Part shown: positions 36,175-45,302 of the stretch, piece after piece | How the letters are laid out: every line of letters begins with the position of its first letter | How positions within the stretch are numbered: the first letter of the stretch is position 1 | IMG/VR virus record: IMGVR_UViG_3300036846_000450 | Location: 1 to 51,032 of that record | From: a virus | Lineage: Duplodnaviria > Caudoviricetes | DNA: 51,032 bases | Direction: 5' to 3' (one strand) | Translations under genes and position numbers: made by a program | The notes under the pieces: model-generated | Seen by the model: only the letters and a program-made list of their open reading frames with translations | Database searches by the model: none | Told to the model about the DNA's origin: nothing

Positions 36175-36291
36175 GTCCGACGTCGGACCAGCGTCAATCC
36201 GGTTTATTTCCCCATCCCCACAATAAAACACTTGACGCAATAGGAGGCCCGCTGAGTGGCCATCCAATTCTGAGTAGTCCGATATCGGACT
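36175..36291. promoter_or_regulatory. Pair of palindromic operators GTCCGAnnTCGGAC
   Basis: GTCCGACGTCGGAC at 36175-36188 and AGTCCGATATCGGACT at 36276-36291, flanking a TTGACG in a divergent intergenic region. Confidence 0.6.
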
Positions 36292-36491
36292 TTTGTTTTT
36301 AACGCATGGGTGAGTCTCCCTGGCGTTTTTGGCCATTTTAAGGTTGCATATTTCGTGACACAACCGCGTTTCGGTTGTGGCCGCCCCCGTAGTTTTCCCA
36401 GGGTGTTTTCCTGTCTCATTGTCCTGGACATCTGGGGCATGATGTCCTACATATGTGTCCAGGCAATCACGCCGCTTCGGAGTTCCTGGCC

Positions 36492-36728
36492 ATGGCCGCC
36501 ACCAAATATGTCGCCCGTTTCGAAAACCAGATCGTCGGCAAGCGCTCCAGCGAGCGCACCTACACCCACGCCATTGTCTGCCAGGGTCACGGCAAGGGCC
36601 CGCACGTCGTGACCTGGTGCGGCCGTCCTGACCTGGCCCATGGCGAGCAGACCAAGTGGAGCCGCTACGGCTACACCGCGACCATCGTGCCGGCGGAGGT
36701 CGTCGTGAAGCCCGCCAAGGCCGCCTGA
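36492..36728 (+). CDS. Hypothetical protein
   Basis: GGAG RBS; GKRSSERTYTHAIV motif. Confidence 0.6.
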   Translation: MAATKYVARFENQIVGKRSSERTYTHAIVCQGHGKGPHVVTWCGRPDLAHGEQTKWSRYGYTATIVPAEVVVKPAKAA

Positions 36729-36804
36729 CCGTCCCGACATTCACCTCGCGCCCGGCTCCGAAAGGATACCGGGCTCGGGGCCGTAGAAGCCCCAGGAGCA
36801 CGTC

Positions 36805-37461
36805 ATGACCAAGTCGGCGATCGTCTACATCCGCGTTTCCACCCAGAAGCAGGGCCGCTCGGGCCTCGGCCTGGAGGCGCAGCAGGACGCCGTGGCGCGG
36901 TTTTGCGCCGCGGAAGGTTTCGCGATCGCGCAGACCTTCGTCGAGGTCGAGACCGCCAAGGGCGCCGATGCGCTGGAGCGCCGGCCGCAGCTGCGCGCCG
37001 CCCTGGCGCTGGCCAAAGCCAACAACTGCCCGGTGATCGTCGCCAAGCTCGACCGGCTGTCCCGCGACGTCGCCTTCATCGCCGGCCTGATGGCAAGCCG
37101 CGTGCCCTTCATCGTCTGCGACCTCGGCGCCAATGCCGACCCGTTCATGCTGCACATCTACGCTGCGCTCGCCGAGCAGGAGCGCCGCATGATCTCGACC
37201 CGCACCAAGGTGGCGCTTGCCGCGGCCCGTGGGCGCGGCGTCAAGCTGGGCTCACCGACCACCCCGGCGATGCTGCAGAACCGCGCGCTGGCCTTCGCTG
37301 AGACGCTGCGCCCGGTCGTGGAGCCGCTGCTCGGCCTGTCGTTCCGCCAGATTGCGGCCGCGCTGAACGAGGCCGGCCACACCACCGCGGAGGGCCATGC
37401 CTGGCAGTACAAGACCGCGCAGCGCCTGGTGCAGCGTCTCCAGGGCAAGCCAATCGCATGA
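36805..37461 (+). CDS. Serine recombinase (resolvase/invertase family)
   Basis: [50 protein letters not shown], short C-terminal HTH. Confidence 0.92.
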   Translation: MTKSAIVYIRVSTQKQGRSGLGLEAQQDAVARFCAAEGFAIAQTFVEVETAKGADALERRPQLRAALALAKANNCPVIVAKLDRLSRDVAFIAGLMASRVPFIVCDLGANADPFMLHIYAALAEQERRMISTRTKVALAAARGRGVKLGSPTTPAMLQNRALAFAETLRPVVEPLLGLSFRQIAAALNEAGHTTAEGHAWQYKTAQRLVQRLQGKPIA

Positions 37462-37673
37462 CCCGCAACGAATTCAACGATGCGCTGCGCGTGCTCGGGT
37501 TCGCCGAGCGCGCCAACTCGCGCGGCCAGTCCGAGTTCGCACGCCAGCTCGGGCTCGATTTGCGCACCGTCAAGCGCTGGGCCGCCGGCGCGTGGCCGGT
37601 GCCGATCCCGGTGGCGATGCTGCTCAATCTGATGCTGTCGACCGGCGCCAGCCGCGCCGACCTGAAGGCCTGA
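37458..37673 (+). CDS. Small XRE-like HTH protein
   Basis: [24 protein letters not shown]. Confidence 0.75.
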   Translation: MTRNEFNDALRVLGFAERANSRGQSEFARQLGLDLRTVKRWAAGAWPVPIPVAMLLNLMLSTGASRADLKA

Positions 37674-37837
37674 CACAAACCGGCAGTGTGCGTCGACAGC
37701 GGCCGATCGACGGATCGTCGAGGGTGAGAGCCAGCGATGATCGGGGAGCCGGGCAGGCAAGGGGGGCGAGCCATGCTTCGCCACACTACCGGTTTGCACG
37801 CGCAAAATGGTCTCACCGGTTTCTCTTGTCCAGAGCG

Positions 37838-37870
37838 AAAAAAGGCGGGAGGCATTTGCGCCCTCCCGCC
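37838..37870 (-). terminator. Intrinsic terminator of the minus-strand early operon
   Basis: GGCGGGAGG/CCTCCCGCC stem followed by a U-tract on the minus strand. Confidence 0.7.
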
Positions 37871-37902
37871 GATGAACCGGTGATTGACGGCCCGGCCACA
37901 GT

Positions 37903-38379
37903 TTACGACAGGCGTTGACCTGGCGGCGGCGGCAGCAGCCCGATCATGCGGCCCTGCGCATTGTTCATGTCGAACCATTGCAGCGGGCCGAGTTCGGTGG
38001 ATTTGTCGTGCCGGATAATTCTGCGGTGCCCGAACAATGCCGGTTCGCGCACATCCTCGGCCGTGATCACCAGCACCTCCATGCGATCGGGATGGTCGGC
38101 GACCTTGCCGACGATCGCGTCAGCCTCCGGCTTGGTCATGCCGCGCACGGTCCAGGCCTCGTTCAGGAAGGCGACGCGGGTGGCGCCGATATGCGCCAGC
38201 AGCTCCCGTACCAGGTCGACCGCGACGTCGCGGTCCTCGGCCGGCGGCTCGCCGATCAGGAGGTCGCGGCCATGGCGATCGACCGCGTGGTACATCGCCG
38301 GCATCTCGCCCAGGGCGTCGAAGATCCGGGCGGCGCCTTCGGCGGCGCGCTCCGCGAATTGCTTCAGGGTCTCGGACAT
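37903..38379 (-). CDS. Hypothetical phage protein
   Basis: AAGGAGG RBS; EAW...HPDRMEV motif. Confidence 0.7.
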   Translation of the reverse strand: MSETLKQFAERAAEGAARIFDALGEMPAMYHAVDRHGRDLLIGEPPAEDRDVAVDLVRELLAHIGATRVAFLNEAWTVRGMTKPEADAIVGKVADHPDRMEVLVITAEDVREPALFGHRRIIRHDKSTELGPLQWFDMNNAQGRMIGLLPPPPGQRLS

Positions 38380-38393
38380 CGCCACCTCCTTGC

Positions 38394-38486
38394 TCAGTCC
38401 AGGTTGGTCTTGACCATGGCGATCACCACCACAGCGACCGTGCTGCCGATCATCATCCCCAGGAATAGACCGAGCAGGAACGACAT
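38394..38486 (-). CDS. 30-aa single-TM peptide
   Basis: MSFLLGLFLGMMIGSTVAVVVIAMVKTNLD fills the operon gap; absent from the ORF track. Confidence 0.45.
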   Translation of the reverse strand: MSFLLGLFLGMMIGSTVAVVVIAMVKTNLD

Positions 38487-38489
38487 GCA

Positions 38490-38726
38490 TCATTGCTTTC
38501 GCATGCTCTCGAACGGCTCCAGCAGCGCGCCTGGCGCGAGCAATCTGACGTCGTGGGGTTTCGCGCACACCTGGCAGACGATCCTGACGTTCTTCACCTC
38601 CATCAGGACGCGCTGGCCTGACGGATAGATCCCGACGTCGTGACCACATTCGGCGCATTTGCCGGTGATCTGCTTCGGGTGCATCTTGATCATGTCGGCG
38701 AGGCGCATCACCAGCAATTCGTTCAT
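38490..38726 (-). CDS. Zn-binding hypothetical protein
   Basis: CAECGH.V...P....CQVC. Confidence 0.65.
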   Translation of the reverse strand: MNELLVMRLADMIKMHPKQITGKCAECGHDVGIYPSGQRVLMEVKNVRIVCQVCAKPHDVRLLAPGALLEPFESMRKQ

Positions 38727-38956
38727 GGCACCAGATCCTTCATGCTGCATTCGAGCGCTGCCGCGATCCGACTCAGCGTCTTGAGCGGGATGTCGGTGCG
38801 CCCGGCTTCCATATTGGCGATCTGCGCTCGCGAGATCCCGGCCTTCTCGCCGAGATCCTGCTGCGTCATGTTCTTTGCCCGTCGCATCGCATGCACGAGG
38901 TCGCCATAGTGCGGCGCGTTCAGCTCGCCTGTGCCGTTGCAGTGCGGGCATCTCAT
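38723..38956 (-). CDS. XRE HTH protein with N-terminal CxxCxGxG
   Basis: CPHCNGTG followed by MTQQDLGEKAGISRAQIANMEAGR. Confidence 0.8.
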   Translation of the reverse strand: MRCPHCNGTGELNAPHYGDLVHAMRRAKNMTQQDLGEKAGISRAQIANMEAGRTDIPLKTLSRIAAALECSMKDLVP

Positions 38957-38957
38957 A

Positions 38958-39221
38958 TCACTGCTTCTCCGCAAACCTTGCGCCGCCTTTACCCTCCGCA
39001 ATGGCGCGGGTGCAGACGTCATTGTGCGCTTGCAGCCGCTCGATGAGCTGCATGGCCTGATTGGGCGTCAGGCCGACGATGACCTGTCCGCAGTCGCCGC
39101 CGTCTCGCGTGTTGATCGACAGCAGCACCTCGCCATTGCTGGCGAAAGTGGTCACGCCAATGTTGGCGGGCTCGTCGATCAGGACGATGCCGCCGGGCAG
39201 GATCGAGCCGGGTGTGCTCAT
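38958..39221 (-). CDS. Hypothetical protein, paralog of 4845..5111
   Basis: High by-eye identity to the left-arm copy. Confidence 0.8.
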   Translation of the reverse strand: MSTPGSILPGGIVLIDEPANIGVTTFASNGEVLLSINTRDGGDCGQVIVGLTPNQAMQLIERLQAHNDVCTRAIAEGKGGARFAEKQ

Positions 39222-39706
39222 CGCCATAGCCCCATGCTCTCGTTGACCTCGCCCGCGGCGAATTGCCATTTGCCGTCGCTCGACAGCGGCGGCGCCAGGA
39301 TGCCGACCGAGCGGCGTTTGTCGTAGCGGATCAGGGTCGGGATGCCCTCGTGGGCCTTTTTCAGGATGTAGCGGGTCAGCGCCTCGTCATCCTTCCAGCC
39401 GTCGCCATCGACCCAGATCTGCAGCGCCAGATAGACCTTGCGCTCGCCGCCATCGGGCGTCACCGCGATCTCGTCGGGCAGCATGTCGATGACATAGCCG
39501 GCGCGATCGGGCCGCGCGAGCGCGGTGGTGTCGCTGTCGGTCAGCCAGCGGCAGCTCCATTCGGCGCAGGCCTGCGGCCGGTGCGGATAGATCGCGCAGC
39601 CCTTGTGATGCTTCTGGTGCCGGCAGCGCTGGCCGGCGGCCTTCTGCAGCTCCTTGACCGGCAGCAGCTTGCAGCACAGCTGGCAGTCACCGCATTGTCG
39701 GTTCAT
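39218..39706 (-). CDS. YkgJ-like CxxCxxCC cysteine-cluster protein
   Basis: CGDCQLCCK...C.H....GC.IY..RP.AC..W.C.W. Confidence 0.75.
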   Translation of the reverse strand: MNRQCGDCQLCCKLLPVKELQKAAGQRCRHQKHHKGCAIYPHRPQACAEWSCRWLTDSDTTALARPDRAGYVIDMLPDEIAVTPDGGERKVYLALQIWVDGDGWKDDEALTRYILKKAHEGIPTLIRYDKRRSVGILAPPLSSDGKWQFAAGEVNESMGLWR

Positions 39707-40002
39707 TTCCGCATCAGGAGGCGGAAGGCCGCCTGTCCCTCCTCGGAGGCGGCCCAGGCGTCGCTCTCTTCAGTGGTGGCATCGAAATCGCCATGCATCG
39801 CCCTGCTGCGCAATGCCAAGATCGCGTCGCTGCGCTCCGGGTGCTTGCGGGACTCGACCGCCAGGTCGTCCACCAGGGTCATGATCGGAGTGTCGAGCGG
39901 CGACAGATAATCGTCGTACCAGGCGTGCTCGGCCTTGTCGGCCATGTTGGTGAGGCCGAGTTCACGCAGCGCGGTCGCCAGCTTGTCCTTGGTGTGCATC
40001 AC
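39703..40002 (-). CDS. Hypothetical phage protein
   Basis: HTKDKLA.AL...YDDYLSPL...GDFDAT.EESDAWA.S.EGQ. Confidence 0.7.
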   Translation of the reverse strand: MMHTKDKLATALRELGLTNMADKAEHAWYDDYLSPLDTPIMTLVDDLAVESRKHPERSDAILALRSRAMHGDFDATTEESDAWAASEEGQAAFRLLMRK

Positions 40003-40238
40003 AGCTCTCCGTCATCGAGGGAATGATAGCCCCGCTCCGTCAGCCATTGCTTGGACGCCCTGCGCACATCATCGGGCAGCGACACCGCGCTGGTGATGGT
40101 CTTGTGCAGGGTCAATTCCGCCGCGGCGCGCGAACGCGGCCGCGGCAGCTTGTGCCGCTTCATGAAGGCGATCAGCGCATCGGGATCACGCTGCAGCAGC
40201 ATTTCGTTGCGATCTTCAATGTAGCGCTTGACGTGCAT
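39999..40238 (-). CDS. Hypothetical protein
   Basis: Coupled in operon; SKQWLTERG. Confidence 0.6.
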   Translation of the reverse strand: MHVKRYIEDRNEMLLQRDPDALIAFMKRHKLPRPRSRAAAELTLHKTITSAVSLPDDVRRASKQWLTERGYHSLDDGEL

Positions 40239-40241
40239 CGA

Positions 40242-40523
40242 TCACGGTTTCCGTTTGCGCTCGTGGATTTGTTTGAGCAGCTGCGCCGGCATGTTGCCTT
40301 CCTTTCCCCACCACAGCCAGTCGGCCGAGATCCCGAACCGCTCTTGCAGCAGCCATGCCGTCTCGCGCGGGATCGGATAACCGCGCTCGTAGCTGTTCCA
40401 GCGTTTGAACGAGATGCCGAGCGCTTCGGCAAACGTCACCTGGCTGTCGTAGCCGAGCGCAACACGCAGGCTCGCCAGGCGATCGATGTAGGCCTCGGCG
40501 CCGTCCCACTGCGCGACGCTCAT
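40242..40523 (-). CDS. XRE-family HTH regulator, paralog of 5942..6307
   Basis: TFAEALGISFKRWNSYERGYPIPRETAWLL. Confidence 0.85.
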   Translation of the reverse strand: MSVAQWDGAEAYIDRLASLRVALGYDSQVTFAEALGISFKRWNSYERGYPIPRETAWLLQERFGISADWLWWGKEGNMPAQLLKQIHERKRKP

Positions 40524-40786
40524 TGCGCCATCTCCACCGCCAGGCCGCGCTTGCGCAGCTCGTCGAGCACACGGTGGACGGCCGTGATCGTCTCACTCGC
40601 ACCAGGCTGCGCCAGGAATTCGGCGTTCGATATCTTTCTATTCCTGTGCTGCGGGCCGTGCCGCACCATGGTCGTCAGCAACTCAGCAATGATCGTCCAA
40701 CTGGTGTCAGTGTCGAGGTCGGTGAGCGCGGCGCGCGCCAGCCCGCAGAGCGTGTTGAGACGTTCGAGGTATTCCGCTTCAGTCAC
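40520..40786 (-). CDS. Hypothetical protein
   Basis: GTGA-coupled. Confidence 0.55.
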   Translation of the reverse strand: MTEAEYLERLNTLCGLARAALTDLDTDTSWTIIAELLTTMVRHGPQHRNRKISNAEFLAQPGASETITAVHRVLDELRKRGLAVEMAQ

Positions 40787-41166
40787 GGCTTCGCTCCCTT
40801 CTTTTTCGGGCGCGTCTTGCCGTTCGGCTTCGCCTCGAATTTTTCGCGTTCGGCCTGTTGCTTCTCCCGCCACTTCGCGGCCGCCTTCAGCTCGGTGTCG
40901 ACGTCGATGGTGTTGGTTTTGACGAACTGCTCCTCGTAACCGAGCGCGCTCAGCGTCGCCATGATGGTGGTGTGCTTGGGATCTTTGGTCTCGCCCTCGA
41001 ACCAGCCGTCATAGGTCGCGACGGCCACGCCCGTCAGCGCGTGCAGCGTCGCGCGTTTCTTTTTCGTGTACAGGCCTTCGTCCTGCAGGATGGTGCGGAC
41101 CCGGTCGATCACCGGGTTCTTCTGACGCCAATTGTAGGTGCGGTAGGTCATGATGAAGCGGGCCAT
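40783..41166 (-). CDS. XRE-family HTH protein, paralog of 4319..4669
   Basis: YN...K.P..D..RT...LHALTGVAVATYDGWFEGETKDPKHTT. Confidence 0.75.
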   Translation of the reverse strand: MARFIMTYRTYNWRQKNPVIDRVRTILQDEGLYTKKKRATLHALTGVAVATYDGWFEGETKDPKHTTIMATLSALGYEEQFVKTNTIDVDTELKAAAKWREKQQAEREKFEAKPNGKTRPKKKGAKP

Positions 41167-41169
41167 GGC

Positions 41170-41880
41170 TTATGCCTCCGCCTGTGCGGCAGCGGGCACG
41201 GTGCCGTTCGCGGCCTTGGGGCCGCGGCCCTTCGCGGTGAGTTCGTAGTGTGTGCCGTTGAGCTTCACCAGCCCGTCGCGGCGGGCGCGCTCCAGCACAC
41301 CGCCCGTTGAGCCCGTCGCGACGCCGGCTTTGCCCAGCACCTCATCGATCTCGCCGCGGCTCGACGGTTGCTGCGTCAGCAGCAGCAGCAATTCGGCGCG
41401 TGCGATGCCGCGCGTGACGCGGCCGGCCTTGTACGGTTTCGCCTTCGTCTTGGCTTTCGCCTTCGTGGTCGCGGGCTTCGCTGTCTTGGCCTTCTTGGCC
41501 GGCGCCGGCAGCGCCAGCGTCAGACCTGCGGCCGCCATCGCCTTGGCGGTGAATTGATAGACGCCCTTGTCGACGTTGCGCAGCACATGCAACTTCTTCA
41601 GGTAATGCACGGCGCCGTAGGACCGCGACTTGCCGCCGCCAATCACCGCGCTGATTTCCTCCAGGCTGAGCGGGCCGCCTTTGCGCTCCTTGAACAGCTC
41701 CAGGATCGCCTCCCTGGCGCCGTTGCCGGTGCCACCGGCGGCGCGCGGAGCAGCGGCCGGGCCTGGGCCTTCGCCGATCTCCAGTTTCATCTTGATGATG
41801 CCCGGCATCTTGCTGAGCGCGATCATCACCGGGCCAACGGCCTCGGCTTCGACTTCCAATCGAATTGGTAAGGTTGCCAT
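41170..41880 (-). CDS. Lys/Ala-rich double winged-HTH protein, paralog of 3615..4316
   Basis: LEVEAEAVGPVMIALSKM N-terminus; two wHTH-like units; histone-H1-like AKKAKTAK linker. Confidence 0.7.
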   Translation of the reverse strand: MATLPIRLEVEAEAVGPVMIALSKMPGIIKMKLEIGEGPGPAAAPRAAGGTGNGAREAILELFKERKGGPLSLEEISAVIGGGKSRSYGAVHYLKKLHVLRNVDKGVYQFTAKAMAAAGLTLALPAPAKKAKTAKPATTKAKAKTKAKPYKAGRVTRGIARAELLLLLTQQPSSRGEIDEVLGKAGVATGSTGGVLERARRDGLVKLNGTHYELTAKGRGPKAANGTVPAAAQAEA

Positions 41881-41945
41881 GTCTTCCCCTCTTTTGAATG
41901 CGCCCCGTCTCACGCGGGGCGGCGCTGCAGAACACCTTCCGTGAT

Positions 41946-42458
41946 TTACATTGGCCGGCGCCGGCGCCCGGCGGCCGCGTCGGAGTTTGCCTTCAGCCGA
42001 TCAGCGAGCTGCGCGCGCAGCCGTTGCACCTGGTTCAGGCAGCGCTCCAGCATCGCGATGTAATCGTCGACCAGCTCGGTCGTGAAGAAGCTGTCAATAT
42101 GATCGAGATCGACCTTGAATTCCCTGCCGACGCGCTTGAAGCGGCCGGTCCTCTCCAGCGCCGTGAGATGCCTTCTGACGGTGGTCGGCGGGATGCCGCT
42201 GCGTCGCGCGATGTCGGCGACGCGCGCCGATTTGCCTCGCGCCGTTGCCAGCGTGGTGTAGAACGACACGAACATGGGTTCGAGCGCGGCGCCAAACAGC
42301 ACCTCTTCCTCGACACCGTCCTCGTTGATCGCGCTGGTGTAGGCGAGCCGATAGATCGTCGCGACCATGTCGGTGATCAGCGTGTTGATCTGGATGGCCA
42401 CATCGGCCGGTCGCGGCTGTGTTGATTTCTTGAGCAGCCCAGGTTTTGTTTGCAGCAC
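41946..42458 (-). CDS. Winged-HTH regulator
   Basis: VADIARRSGIPPTTVRRHLTALERTG; start uncertain. Confidence 0.65.
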   Translation of the reverse strand: MLQTKPGLLKKSTQPRPADVAIQINTLITDMVATIYRLAYTSAINEDGVEEEVLFGAALEPMFVSFYTTLATARGKSARVADIARRSGIPPTTVRRHLTALERTGRFKRVGREFKVDLDHIDSFFTTELVDDYIAMLERCLNQVQRLRAQLADRLKANSDAAAGRRRRPM

Positions 42459-42828
42459 TTGTTTCGCTTCTTCGCGTTGTCGTGATTTTTCTTATTTTTC
42501 TCCGGTTGTTTACAAATGTGGAAAATGTCCGAAAATTGACAGTGCAACCAAGTTGGCGATTATCGGAAACCTGACTTCACCAAGTTGGAGATTGTGGACA
42601 TTTCTCCATGCGGAGTTGCACGGACGCGCGCCATGCAATGTCGGTGCAGCGCTTCAACGATGTTCGCGGTTGAACCTTCGCCTTTTGGCACAAACTGCAT
42701 ATGCCATGCGGATGTCCCCTCTGCTGGCGGTCGCGTGACGGCGCCGCTCTCACCGCGCCGTAACCCGTCAGCAGATGCCTTTCTTTCCCGGTTGTAAATC
42801 TGTCCCATAGGACGGCTTGCGTGTTCGC

Positions 42829-43305
42829 TCATCTCAGTGCAGCACCTCGATCGTTGAGCCACGCAGCGAGTCGTTTTGCGCCTTCGTCCCGGCGCCGGTA
42901 GAACGTCGCGCGCGAGCAGCCCAGCCGCGCCAGCACCTTGCGCAGCGAGGCGCCGGTGGCCATGGCGCGGGCCCAGCCCTCCACGGCGCGGCGCTCACCG
43001 ATCGCGTCATCGAGCACGCGCAGCCAGGACATCGCCTCTTCCATCCGGGTGACCTCGTAGGGATGCGCGCCGCGCGCCCTGGCCCAGTCGGCCCACACCG
43101 CCTCGCGGGCCTCATCGCCCCAGCCGGCGAGGTCGGCGAATTCGTGGGTGATCGCCGGCCAGGACGAGCCCCGTGGCGCGCTCTGGCGCCTGGGGGCGGG
43201 CAGTCGGCCCTCGATCTCGTAGGCCTCCAGGAGGCGCCCCAGAACGTCTGCAGGGGCCCACACCGCGGGCGGCGGTGTCCTGGCGTCGCGATCGAGCGCC
43301 GGCAT
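42829..43305 (-). CDS. DUF6362-like protein with C-terminal HTH (late regulator candidate)
   Basis: W....V..RL.EA......LP......WP...TRMEEA..WL...SRAT.YRR. Confidence 0.7.
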   Translation of the reverse strand: MPALDRDARTPPPAVWAPADVLGRLLEAYEIEGRLPAPRRQSAPRGSSWPAITHEFADLAGWGDEAREAVWADWARARGAHPYEVTRMEEAMSWLRVLDDAIGERRAVEGWARAMATGASLRKVLARLGCSRATFYRRRDEGAKRLAAWLNDRGAALR

Positions 43306-43517
43306 CACAGCAGCCGCTCTTTCGCGGCCAGGCCGCGCATCAGCTCGCCGATGGTCCGCATCATGTCGAGTTCGGCGTTGGCCTGCTGCTGCGACATTTT
43401 GCCCGCCGCAATCTGCTTCGGGTAGACGTAGCGGCGCTTGTTCAGTTCGCGCTCGGCGCATTGCGCCAAATCGGTGTAGGAAAATTTCGACATCTCGTCA
43501 GGAAGCCGCGACATCAC
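43305..43517 (-). CDS. Hypothetical phage protein
   Basis: CAEREL..RR.VYP.....GKMS...A..E...M..I. Confidence 0.7.
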   Translation of the reverse strand: MMSRLPDEMSKFSYTDLAQCAERELNKRRYVYPKQIAAGKMSQQQANAELDMMRTIGELMRGLAAKERLL

Positions 43518-43744
43518 AGCACCATGCGCAGGTCGAGCGCCTGGGCGCCTTCACTGCGCGGCCCCTTGGTGGCTTTCAGCTCGCGCTCGAATTCCGCGAT
43601 CCGGCCCGGCTCGGTGGTCTGCGGCTGCATCAGGCAGATCACCGCCATCACCGGCGTGCCGGAGATGGTCTCGCCCTCCCACACCCGCGCCGGCACGTTG
43701 TTGATGTGAACGATCTTGCTGGTCGCCTCGATCGTGATTTTCAT
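43514..43744 (-). CDS. Hypothetical phage protein
   Basis: MKITIE.T..IV.....PARVWEG.T..G.PV. Confidence 0.7.
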   Translation of the reverse strand: MKITIEATSKIVHINNVPARVWEGETISGTPVMAVICLMQPQTTEPGRIAEFERELKATKGPRSEGAQALDLRMVL

Positions 43745-43917
43745 GGGGTCGGCTCCCGTTTGAATGCCTCGTCGAGATCATCAGCCGCGTTGTTGCAGGC
43801 TTCGCACCACAGCCGCAGGCCATCCGGCTCGGTGTCGATCCGGGTGTGCTGGTAGCTGTTGCAGCGCTTGCACAGCAGCCGGAATTTATACGGCGGTGTG
43901 GGTTGACCCTTCGGCAT
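43741..43917 (-). CDS. Small Zn-ribbon protein
   Basis: CKRC...CEAC. Confidence 0.55.
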   Translation of the reverse strand: MPKGQPTPPYKFRLLCKRCNSYQHTRIDTEPDGLRLWCEACNNAADDLDEAFKREPTP

Positions 43918-44129
43918 CAGCGGCGCTCCCATTTTGTCGGCGGCAACGCCTCCCGGCATTCGACGCAGGCGTGGCGAAATTTTCCGTCCTTCCATTGACT
44001 GCGCCAGCGACGATCGTGGTGCAGCTCCTCCATCCAATCGTCCCAGCAGTTCGCCGGCGCCAGGGTCACGGTGCCGTCGCAGAAATCGCAGTGCACGATG
44101 AGGCCCTGGACGGTCATATCAGGCCTCAT
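43917..44129 (-). CDS. Small Zn-ribbon protein
   Basis: CDFC...W......HACVEC. Confidence 0.6.
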   Translation of the reverse strand: MRPDMTVQGLIVHCDFCDGTVTLAPANCWDDWMEELHHDRRWRSQWKDGKFRHACVECREALPPTKWERR

Positions 44130-44631
44130 CTTGAGGCAGGGACGACATCGGCAGCAGCATCGCGTGCGGGACGAGGAAGCAGGGCTCGCGCCCTTTTTTC
44201 ACCTCACCCCACAGCTCGGACTTCTTGCCGTCGCGGGCGTAGATCCAGCCGACCAGCGCCACATGCGGCAGGCGCACGAAGGCTTTGACGAACGGCTGAT
44301 CGTCGGCGTCGGGCTTGTGCAGGATCAGACCAGCATTCGGGCCGTCGTAGCCGCTGGCGCGGACCTGGTGAAACGTCCCGACGTCGGCCGCAGCGCGGTT
44401 GCCATATGCGCCATTCCAGTAGCACTTCAGAAACCGCGCCAGCGAGATCTCGCCGCAGGCGCCGTTGATGTTCTCGTCGAAGCCGGGGCCTTCCGGGCGT
44501 CCATATCGGCCCGGTGTCTGATCGCGGATCGCAGCGAGCGACCGCTGCAAGCCGACGAGCGAGGCGATGTGGATTTCTGATGGTGTGAGCCGGCACCACA
44601 CCCAATTGGCCTTCGGATCATCCGCGGTCAT
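44119..44631 (-). CDS. Putative PD-(D/E)xK-like nuclease-fold protein
   Basis: GACGE..LAR.L...DVG...QVR...VGW pattern. Confidence 0.5.
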   Translation of the reverse strand: MTADDPKANWVWCRLTPSEIHIASLVGLQRSLAAIRDQTPGRYGRPEGPGFDENINGACGEISLARFLKCYWNGAYGNRAAADVGTFHQVRASGYDGPNAGLILHKPDADDQPFVKAFVRLPHVALVGWIYARDGKKSELWGEVKKGREPCFLVPHAMLLPMSSLPQDEA

Positions 44632-44831
44632 GATGGCGCCTCTTGCCAGGTGACGCGCGTGCACCGCGCGCCGGAATGTGTCGGATACGCGATGTCGAAC
44701 ACCGCGATCAGCTCGCCGCGCTCGGCCTCCAAGCGCTGCCGCTCGGCCTCGATGTCCGCCGGCGTCGCGACGAACAGAAACAGCGACGCATAGTCGAGCA
44801 CGTTGGCGTTGACCGGGTGCGTCGCTGTCAT
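44628..44831 (-). CDS. Hypothetical protein
   Basis: ATGA-coupled. Confidence 0.5.
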   Translation of the reverse strand: MTATHPVNANVLDYASLFLFVATPADIEAERQRLEAERGELIAVFDIAYPTHSGARCTRVTWQEAPS

Positions 44832-44833
44832 GA

Positions 44834-45280
44834 TCAGGCCGCCTTGCCGATCGGCAGATCCGGCTGGTCCTTGTCGGCCTTCGCCGGCGCCTGCTCGCCG
44901 ACAAATTGCGAGGCGTCCGCCAGCACCAGGACGGCGCCGCGGCTGCCGTGTTCGGCCAGCGCGATCATGTTCTCGACCAGGGGCGTGATCGCGAGTTCGA
45001 GCTTCAGGTCGCCGCCCTTCACGGTCCATTTCGCGATCTTGGCGTGGACGTGCGGCGCGCCGGCCTGCGCGATCAGCGCCACCACCTGGCGCACGCAGTG
45101 CTCGGCGCAGCTCTGGATGGCGTCGATCGTCATCTGCTGCTCGTCCTCGGCCAGCATCGCCCATGGCACGCGGATGCCGCGCACATGGGTCAGCAGGGCG
45201 TCCCTGATGTCGCCGGACAGCGTGTCGGTCTGGGCGGCGTCGATGATGGTCGCGGCGTCGATCTTGAGCGCGTCGGTCAT
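44834..45280 (-). CDS. Conserved phage protein
   Basis: TL.GD.RD.LL......PW..L.E..Q...DKDQPDL; GAGGAG RBS. Confidence 0.65.
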   Translation of the reverse strand: MTDALKIDAATIIDAAQTDTLSGDIRDALLTHVRGIRVPWAMLAEDEQQMTIDAIQSCAEHCVRQVVALIAQAGAPHVHAKIAKWTVKGGDLKLELAITPLVENMIALAEHGSRGAVLVLADASQFVGEQAPAKADKDQPDLPIGKAA

Positions 45281-45302
45281 GCTGGCTTCTCCTCGGGGGT
45301 GA

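Noticed and set aside
35890-37155. 421-aa minus-strand ORF
   Set aside because: Most of it is antisense to the serine recombinase; only the last 84 aa from ATG 36144 (with RBS) look like a real HTH gene.
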